Virus record (IMG/VR): IMGVR_UViG_3300030376_003069
Span: 1 to 30,019 of that record
Source of the DNA: a virus
Lineage: Duplodnaviria; Caudoviricetes
DNA: 30,019 bases
Direction: 5' to 3' (one strand)
The position numbers were made by a program, and so were the translations under genes. How positions within the stretch are numbered: position 1 is the stretch's first letter; every line of letters begins with the position of its first letter. The notes beneath the pieces are model-generated. The model was not told where the DNA came from. It made no database searches and saw only the letters and a list, made by a program, of their open reading frames with translations. Shown here piece after piece: positions 1-5,356 of the stretch.

Positions 1-74
1 AATTTAGGTACCGCTCCTCGCGGTATCTTTACAGCATTCGCTCACCTATTTTGTAGTCTAACCATCTCACGCCC
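1..74 (-). ncRNA. Possible 5' end of a tmRNA-like or other structured RNA, truncated by the window edge
   Basis: Minus strand reads GGGCGTG-AGATGGTTAGAC..., resembling the tmRNA 5' acceptor strand plus D-loop pattern (GGGG-N3-A..GG.TTCGAC). A later CGAGG-AGCGG-TA-CCT-AAA segment resembles PK1. No credible ORF and locally GC-rich. The 3' half is not in the window. Confidence 0.35.
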
Positions 75-75
75 T

Positions 76-333
76 TTAGTTATATATTTCACCAGATTCA
101 CACACCATCCAGTCACAATTACCTATATTGTGGCCTTTTAATGTTAGTAAATCTTCATAATCTTCTGATTCTAGATCTTCTCGCCTTATATTATACATGA
201 AAACTCTGCCTTGTTCAAAGTCAAGAACCCACAGAAACTTTCTAGCGGTGGATGCCATGTGTATAGCATTGTTTGCGAAGTGTCCTACACCTGGAGGATT
301 ATCTTCAAAATATTTTTTTACTGAATCACTCAT
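76..333 (-). CDS. Hypothetical early protein (85 aa)
   Basis: ORF track; start overlaps the stop of the upstream gene in a tightly packed minus-strand cluster. Confidence 0.8.
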   Translation of the reverse strand: MSDSVKKYFEDNPPGVGHFANNAIHMASTARKFLWVLDFEQGRVFMYNIRREDLESEDYEDLLTLKGHNIGNCDWMVCESGEIYN

Positions 334-523
334 TTGTTGTCATGTTATTTAAGTGATTGACGACCAGTTCTACGAGGTAACTATGAGTTTCATTTACTAG
401 GTCGCCTTCTGCAGCTTCTGGTAGAAACTGGCCGAGTTGCCAATCACATTGTTTATAAATTTCTTGTAATGTATCGCTAGCTATTTCTGCTGCTACTATA
501 TTCATTTGTTTTATCTTTGCCAT
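326..523 (-). CDS. Hypothetical early protein (65 aa)
   Basis: ORF track; A/T-rich start context (TAATATAATATG); tight packing. Confidence 0.8.
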   Translation of the reverse strand: MAKIKQMNIVAAEIASDTLQEIYKQCDWQLGQFLPEAAEGDLVNETHSYLVELVVNHLNNMTTNE

Positions 524-529
524 ATTATA

Positions 530-745
530 TTATCTTAAGCATGTTCCGTAACCTCTGCGAGCGCCAAGCTTTCTTACACGTTTCGCCTGTTCTTTCGACA
601 TTATCTGAATAGTATTGCCGGTTTTATGGTAGGTGATAGCAACACACCCATAAGGTTGAGTGGTACTACAGTCGACGCAAGAGGTATAGCCTAGTGCGAG
701 GCGCTGTGGAGGTATTATATTGTTACATTTACATTTTGTCATCAT
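530..745 (-). CDS. DksA/TraR-like C4 zinc-finger protein
   Basis: CKC-NNIIPPQRLALGYTS-CVDC matches the DksA/TraR finger pattern CxxCG..IP..RL.A....CxxC, with the first pair shortened to CxC. Confidence 0.65.
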   Translation of the reverse strand: MMTKCKCNNIIPPQRLALGYTSCVDCSTTQPYGCVAITYHKTGNTIQIMSKEQAKRVRKLGARRGYGTCLR

Positions 746-748
746 ATA

Positions 749-780
749 TATTATCCGACTTTATTCGTATTTTGTTTGTA
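749..780 (-). promoter_or_regulatory. Repeated tripartite motif, copy 1 (putative phage promoter)
   Basis: TACA-AACAAAA-TACGA-ATAAAGTC-GGATAATA, followed 3 nt later by the ATG of 530..745. Confidence 0.75.
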
Positions 781-1131
781 ATTTCTTAAGTAGTATTGTA
801 GTATAAAGTTTAATCTAGCTAGTCTAGAATATATAGCAGCTCTCGCCCATGTATCATATTCTTTAGTTTCTAAGCCATTTTCTGTTAGAAATACCCATCT
901 AGTTTTAGTTTTATACTTAGGATTTAGTTGATATATTCTATCGCTACTGTCACACCTACGTACCATACCTGATTTGTATGACGCTAATATTTGACCTGTA
1001 GGCATTTTAAATGCTCTTGTATCATTTTTAGCTTGTCGCTGTGTAGTAATTTCTTGTATACCATATTGAGTTAGCATATTGTAAACAAAGTCTGCTTCGA
1101 GGTATCTTTGTTCTAGTTCGTATCTAGTCAT
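751..1131 (-). CDS. Hypothetical early protein (126 aa)
   Basis: ORF track; AATAATAACTATG start context shared with neighbouring genes. Confidence 0.85.
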   Translation of the reverse strand: MTRYELEQRYLEADFVYNMLTQYGIQEITTQRQAKNDTRAFKMPTGQILASYKSGMVRRCDSSDRIYQLNPKYKTKTRWVFLTENGLETKEYDTWARAAIYSRLARLNFILQYYLRNYKQNTNKVG

Positions 1132-1151
1132 AGTTATTATTATTAAATTAG

Positions 1152-1225
1152 GTGCGCAGGAAGGATTCGAACCTTCGACCTCGAGTTTATGAGACTCGCG
1201 AGATAACCAACTTCTCCACCGCGCA
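1152..1225 (-). tRNA. tRNA with CAU anticodon (Met, initiator-like scaffold); CCA not encoded
   Basis: Full cloverleaf: TGCGCGG/CTGCGCA acceptor stem, GAGA/TCTC D stem, CGAGT-CTCATAA-ACTCG anticodon arm (anticodon at 1189-1191), GAAGG-TTCGAAT-CCTTC T arm. Confidence 0.93.
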
Positions 1226-1230
1226 ATGTT

Positions 1231-1428
1231 TTATATTGTTTTGTGAGCATTTTTACTTGCGTAATCAGCTATGCTTTGACGCCATTGCCACTCGCGTTTG
1301 CGATATTCATAGTCAGTACACCATTTGCGCCATGATTTGCTTACAGGTTTTACACCCCACATAGCTTCAAACTTATCTACTTGTTTTAGTTTAGCTTGTA
1401 TTTGTTCTTTTGGATAATCTTTAAACAT
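1231..1428 (-). CDS. Hypothetical Trp-rich early protein (65 aa)
   Basis: ORF track; AATAATACTTATG start context; overlaps the upstream stop. Confidence 0.8.
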   Translation of the reverse strand: MFKDYPKEQIQAKLKQVDKFEAMWGVKPVSKSWRKWCTDYEYRKREWQWRQSIADYASKNAHKTI

Positions 1429-1606
1429 AAGTATTATTATTTATTTTAGTATATTTATTCCATGATACATATTTCTTATCAAACATATCATAGCGTTTAG
1501 TATAAGGTGATTTAGTTAGTACTTCAACTTCGCCGTTTGCATATTTTAGTATTGCTGCTTGAGGTTGACCGAGTGCATTGTAGTCTGCAAATTTTATTTT
1601 ATTCAT
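1421..1606 (-). CDS. Hypothetical early protein (61 aa, start revised to MNKIKF)
   Basis: The ORF track start at 1630 (TTG) lies inside motif copy 2; the ATG at 1606 has an A-rich leader downstream of the motif. Confidence 0.75.
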   Translation of the reverse strand: MNKIKFADYNALGQPQAAILKYANGEVEVLTKSPYTKRYDMFDKKYVSWNKYTKINNNTYV

Positions 1607-1620
1607 ATTATAGTTTATTA

Positions 1621-1652
1621 TATTATCCAACAGTTATCGTATTTTGTTTGTA
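1621..1652 (-). promoter_or_regulatory. Repeated tripartite motif, copy 2
   Basis: TACA-AACAAAA-TACGA-TAACTGTT-GGATAATA. Confidence 0.75.
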
Positions 1653-1774
1653 TCTTGATAGAATTTAATTCTTTCTTCTACATCTTTACGACTAATTTGC
1701 CCGTCTATTTGACGTAGTATATCAGTAGTCATATCTATTTGTTTACCGTTTTCACAAGTTATTATAAATTGCAT
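1634..1774 (-). CDS. Small hypothetical protein, 46 aa (not in ORF track)
   Basis: Manual translation MQFIITCENGKQIDMTTDILRQIDGQISRKDVEERIKFYQDTNKIR*; TAATACTATG start context; fills the gap between neighbours. Confidence 0.75.
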   Translation of the reverse strand: MQFIITCENGKQIDMTTDILRQIDGQISRKDVEERIKFYQDTNKIR

Positions 1775-1785
1775 AGTATTATATT

Positions 1786-1905
1786 TTAGTAGAAGTCAGA
1801 GTATATTTCTCTAACCTTAGACTTCTGTTCATCAGTTAGTTTAGTGTAATGCTTGTCGAATAGTCGCCAAGATATTTTTAGTAATGTATAAGAGTAATTG
1901 CACAT
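1786..1905 (-). CDS. Small hypothetical protein, 39 aa (not in ORF track)
   Basis: Manual translation MCNYSYTLLKISWRLFDKHYTKLTDEQKSKVREIYSDFY*; AATAATAACTATG start context identical to those at 1131 and 2431. Confidence 0.7.
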   Translation of the reverse strand: MCNYSYTLLKISWRLFDKHYTKLTDEQKSKVREIYSDFY

Positions 1906-1930
1906 AGTTATTATTTTTAAAAGTTATTTA

Positions 1931-2116
1931 TTATCCATATATTCCAAATGAGTTAGGCATATTAGCGTCACCAGTTATTAAAGCGATTGATAGCATTAGT
2001 ATTCCACCGATAGCCAATGGTGCTAAGAAACCATATGATATTGCTAGTGCGATTAGTTCAATAGTTGATTTACCTTTAGTGTAATTGTACACTTTGTTTA
2101 AATGAAATTTAAGCAT
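1931..2116 (-). CDS. Small membrane protein (61 aa)
   Basis: Long hydrophobic stretch LIALAISYGFLAPLAIGGILMLSIALITG. Confidence 0.75.
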   Translation of the reverse strand: MLKFHLNKVYNYTKGKSTIELIALAISYGFLAPLAIGGILMLSIALITGDANMPNSFGIYG

Positions 2117-2141
2117 ATTTATTATTTATTATATTAGTTAG

Positions 2142-2185
2142 TTCTAGTGTGAGTAATCGAAACCCACCACTGCTCCAAGACTAGA
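2142..2185 (-). ncRNA. tRNA-like minihelix (acceptor stem + T arm, no anticodon arm)
   Basis: TCTAGT-CTTGGAGCAGTG-GTGGGT-TTCGATT-ACTCAC-ACTAGA-A: 6+6 bp stacked helix, canonical 7-nt T loop and a D-loop-like linker, in an intergenic position. Confidence 0.5.
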
Positions 2186-2200
2186 TTTGAAGAGTGTAGT

Positions 2201-2431
2201 TTACTGTACTTCGACTACACTTCTTACTGAAACTGGTACACTTGTTGATGAAGTATAAGATTTATACTTGACAAAACATGGCATAGTTTCTAGTTTATCT
2301 TTCATTATTGAAAACACTTTATCGTGATTGTAAGTTACAGTTTTGCCATTTTTAAAATTGACAGTGATGTTTTGATTTTTACCGATTAAAGATTTTCTTA
2401 TAACAAATCTTTTAGAAATTAAATTGCTCAT
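2201..2431 (-). CDS. Hypothetical basic early protein (76 aa)
   Basis: ORF track; first gene downstream of motif copy 3; AATAATAACTATG start context. Confidence 0.85.
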   Translation of the reverse strand: MSNLISKRFVIRKSLIGKNQNITVNFKNGKTVTYNHDKVFSIMKDKLETMPCFVKYKSYTSSTSVPVSVRSVVEVQ

Positions 2432-2472
2432 AGTTATTATTATTTAGTTATTATTATTATTAGTTACATTTA

Positions 2473-2504
2473 TATTATCCAATATTGTTCGTATTTACAT
2501 TGTA
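2473..2504 (-). promoter_or_regulatory. Repeated tripartite motif, copy 3
   Basis: TACA-ATGTAAA-TACGA-ACAATATT-GGATAATA; intergenic. Confidence 0.8.
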
Positions 2505-2601
2505 TAAAAGTAGATTATTTATTTAGTAGTTATTTATTTGTGAGTAGTATTCCGCACTCTCTCGAAATCAAAAGCTAAACTTTATAATTTACTTACATTA
2601 T

Positions 2602-2633
2602 TATTATCCATTTAGTATCGTAGTAAGTATGTA
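2602..2633 (-). promoter_or_regulatory. Repeated tripartite motif, copy 4
   Basis: TACA-TACTTAC-TACGA-TACTAAAT-GGATAATA; intergenic. Confidence 0.8.
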
Positions 2634-2705
2634 ACAATATGTGAAATGTTTTCATGAAATGATAAATGTAGGTTGAGCGAGGTGAGCCGATTAGTTAAGT
2701 GGTTG

Positions 2706-2737
2706 TACATGGTAAACACGATAAACCGTGGATAATA
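2706..2737 (+). promoter_or_regulatory. Repeated tripartite motif, copy 5 (divergent, plus strand)
   Basis: TACA-TGGTAAA-CACGA-TAAACCGT-GGATAATA; same spacing, one mismatch. Confidence 0.75.
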
Positions 2738-2789
2738 AGGGTATAAGCAGGTGGGGCTAGCTAAATAAAAGGCGTTTTCCTAGAGACGA

Positions 2790-2810
2790 GGTGGTGGGGA
2801 GGAGGGGGAG
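2790..2810 (+). other. G-rich tract with G-quadruplex or R-loop potential
   Basis: GGTGGTGGGGAGGAGGGGGAG within an otherwise very AT-rich window. Confidence 0.6.
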
Positions 2811-2847
2811 CAATACAAATACTCTAAATTTCTTATGCTTTTTTTTA

Positions 2848-2891
2848 TGACATTAGCCTATAAAGGTATATATAGTAGTAGGCTTGTGTCA
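2848..2891. repeat. Imperfect 13-bp inverted repeat with 18-nt spacer
   Basis: TGACATTAGCCTA (2848-2860) and TAGGCTTGTGTCA (2879-2891), 11 of 13 complementary; preceded by a T8 run (2839-2846). Confidence 0.75.
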
Positions 2892-2933
2892 CACTATCTT
2901 TAAAAATTATTTTTTACGTGTAATTATACTCAT

Positions 2934-3155
2934 ATGGCAAAAGCGAATTCACAGGGACTGAGTCCTACAGCATTAAGAGCAAAGCGAGCTAGAGATTTAG
3001 CAGCAGCTAAAACACCTAAACGTAGAGCCCGTAAAGCTGAGAACCAAAGGATAGGTCAAAAACCAGGATCTGACTTGCATCATACATCCAGTGGAACAGT
3101 AAGACGAACATCGATAGCTTACAACAGAGCAACTCATACGAGAGGCGAAGTATAA
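2934..3155 (+). CDS. Small basic protein with a minimal HNH-like C-terminus
   Basis: Arg/Lys-rich N-terminus followed by GSDLHH..SG.VRR.S...NR, resembling the G.DVDH...R..S...NR pattern of small phage HNH nucleases. Confidence 0.55.
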   Translation: MAKANSQGLSPTALRAKRARDLAAAKTPKRRARKAENQRIGQKPGSDLHHTSSGTVRRTSIAYNRATHTRGEV

Positions 3156-3236
3156 GTAATATCTAATTAGTTTTACATTCCACACGGTAGTGTATGAAGA
3201 TTAACCTTAATTATTAACCCTTAAAAAACCAAAATT

Positions 3237-3521
3237 ATGACGTTTTTTTATTCGACTAGAACGTGGAATAGTCAACCACAAATTACCGATGAGACCATTT
3301 CTTGGTGGAAACATTTATCTACTAAGAAAAACTGGAGAATAGTTCAGTTACCAAATGGCTTTTATCAAACCGAATACCTAGATTTAGATGAAAACTGGGT
3401 AGATGTTACCAGAAGAGAAACAATTGAATCAGCTGAGGCTGCAATTGATGGTAGCATCGAGCACTACACAAAGAAGTTAGAGTTCACAAAAGGACCTAAA
3501 GTAGTGAAAACATTTAAATAG
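3237..3521 (+). CDS. Hypothetical phage protein (94 aa)
   Basis: ORF track; AAAATTATG start context; directly upstream of groEL. Confidence 0.85.
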   Translation: MTFFYSTRTWNSQPQITDETISWWKHLSTKKNWRIVQLPNGFYQTEYLDLDENWVDVTRRETIESAEAAIDGSIEHYTKKLEFTKGPKVVKTFK

Positions 3522-3543
3522 TAACTAAGTAAAATATAATTTA

Positions 3544-5103
3544 ATGGAATTTAATAACCCAAGTCAATTGGTCAAGCATCTTAACTTTGGTTCTGATGCT
3601 AATGACAAAATAATGAGTGGTGTAGATCAACTAGCAAAAGCTGTTAAGTCTACACTAGGTGCTTCAGGTAAATGCGTTATATACGAAGACGCTACAGGAA
3701 GACCGGTGATTACAAAAGATGGTGTAACCGTTGCGGAAAGCGTAGTCTTATTTGATCCGGTCGAGAACATAGGGGCAACTCTAATAAAAGAAGCAGCTAA
3801 AAACACGGTGAAAGAAGCTGGAGACGGTACCACAACGGCTATCGTCTTAGCTGAATCACTACTAAAAGAAGTAAATAACAATGATAATGTACGAGAAATT
3901 AAAGAAGGTATTAACTCAGGACTTGAAAAAGTTAATAAATACCTTTCTAAACACTCCAAAGCAGTATCTGGCGATAATCTTAAATACGTATCAACGATAA
4001 GTTGTAACAATGATAGTGAGTTAGGTGGTATTATAGCCGATGCTTACACAAAAGTAGGTAAAGATGGTGTAGTTTTGATGGAAGAGAGTGAAACAGATGA
4101 AACTTATACAGACATCGTCGAAGGTGTACAGTTAGAAAATGGCTTAACATCGCCATATTTTGCTACAGACACTGAAAAACAAAAATGTGAATTAGAAAAT
4201 CCACTAATTTTAATAGTTTCTAGTGAAATTCCTAGTGTTAGGAAGATACAAAACATACTAGAACATGTAATTAAGAATAATAGATCGCTTTTAATAGTGG
4301 CTAATGTTGCTCAGCAGGTAAAATCTGCGCTTTTAATGAATAAAGTTAAAGGTAATATAAAAGTAAACATCATAAATCCACCAGGATTTGGCCCAACTAA
4401 GCGAGATACTATAGATGATTTAGCTATTTTAACAGGAGCTAAGGTAATAAATGAAGAATTAGGTGATGATTTAGACTTAATTCAACCAGATTGTCTTGGT
4501 GAAGCTAAATTTTCAATAACTGATGATAAAAATACAGTTATAACTACTTATAATGTAGAAGAAGACATAGAGGGTAGAGTAAAAGAGGTTAAAAAGCTCA
4601 TAAAAAATGAAAAAAATGGCTTTTTAAGAAAAAAATTAGAAAATAGACTTGCTATGTTATGCGGTTCTGTTGGTATTATACGCGTTGGGGCTAATTCTAA
4701 AGTAGAATTAAAAGAAAAGAAGGATAGAGTTGAAGATGCTATATACGCAGTTAAAGCTGCTTTACAAGAAGGTATTGTCGCAGGTGGTGGTATCGCTCTT
4801 TTAAACGCTTCACATAACATAAAGTTTGATAATATTGGGGAGAACATACTAGCTACAGCAATTCAAGCACCATTTAAAACCATTATGGCAAATGCTGGTA
4901 TTGAAAACTACGATACGCCTAATGATTTAGGTGTTGGGTACAATGTAATTTCCGGTAAACTAGTTGATATGGTTGACTCTGGTATCGTAGACCCCGTCTT
5001 AGTTACAAAGACAGCGCTAAAAAATGCAGTTAGCGTTGCAACTACTATATTTTCTGCAGATTGTGTAATTAATAATATAAGAGTAGAAAATGCGAGCAGT
5101 TAG
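3544..5103 (+). CDS. groEL: Phage-encoded chaperonin GroEL
   Basis: ITKDGVTVAE, AGDGTTTA, KEKKDRVEDA, EGIVAGGG and GIVDP motifs; no GGM tail. Confidence 0.97.
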   Translation: MEFNNPSQLVKHLNFGSDANDKIMSGVDQLAKAVKSTLGASGKCVIYEDATGRPVITKDGVTVAESVVLFDPVENIGATLIKEAAKNTVKEAGDGTTTAIVLAESLLKEVNNNDNVREIKEGINSGLEKVNKYLSKHSKAVSGDNLKYVSTISCNNDSELGGIIADAYTKVGKDGVVLMEESETDETYTDIVEGVQLENGLTSPYFATDTEKQKCELENPLILIVSSEIPSVRKIQNILEHVIKNNRSLLIVANVAQQVKSALLMNKVKGNIKVNIINPPGFGPTKRDTIDDLAILTGAKVINEELGDDLDLIQPDCLGEAKFSITDDKNTVITTYNVEEDIEGRVKEVKKLIKNEKNGFLRKKLENRLAMLCGSVGIIRVGANSKVELKEKKDRVEDAIYAVKAALQEGIVAGGGIALLNASHNIKFDNIGENILATAIQAPFKTIMANAGIENYDTPNDLGVGYNVISGKLVDMVDSGIVDPVLVTKTALKNAVSVATTIFSADCVINNIRVENASS

Positions 5104-5356
5104 TTTATATATAGTAGTAGAAAACATAAAGCTAAAACCTAAAACAATAGGTGGCTTAGAAATATCTGATAGCATAGACAGTGACAATAGATATTTAAAA
5201 GGAAAAGTTATTAGTAAAGGTGATCTTTGTCCTCCAGATGAAGTTTTAAAAGTAGACGATATTGTTTATTATGACAAACACGCTGGACACGAGATAACAT
5301 ATAATAACAAGCAATACTATGTCATGACTATTAAAGACATAGTTTTAGTAGAATGA
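5090..5356 (+). CDS. groES: Co-chaperonin GroES
   Basis: KTIGGLEI mobile loop, GKVISKG, LKVDDIVYY..AGHEI and KDIV motifs; 88 aa; overlaps the end of groEL. Confidence 0.9.
   Translation: MRAVSLYIVVENIKLKPKTIGGLEISDSIDSDNRYLKGKVISKGDLCPPDEVLKVDDIVYYDKHAGHEITYNNKQYYVMTIKDIVLVE

Noticed and set aside
528-550. AGATAATA partial match to the repeated motif
   Set aside because: Lacks the GG and correctly spaced YACGA and TACA boxes.
1152-1364. Plus-strand 70-aa ORF
   Set aside because: Antisense to the tRNA and to 1231..1428; a typical tRNA shadow ORF.
1929-1936. GGATAATA partial match to the repeated motif
   Set aside because: Explained by a Gly codon plus stop; upstream boxes are absent.
749-2737. 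Repeated motif read as a CRISPR array or iteron set
   Set aside because: Copies are irregularly spaced, separated by genes, internally variable and on both strands; no cas genes are present.
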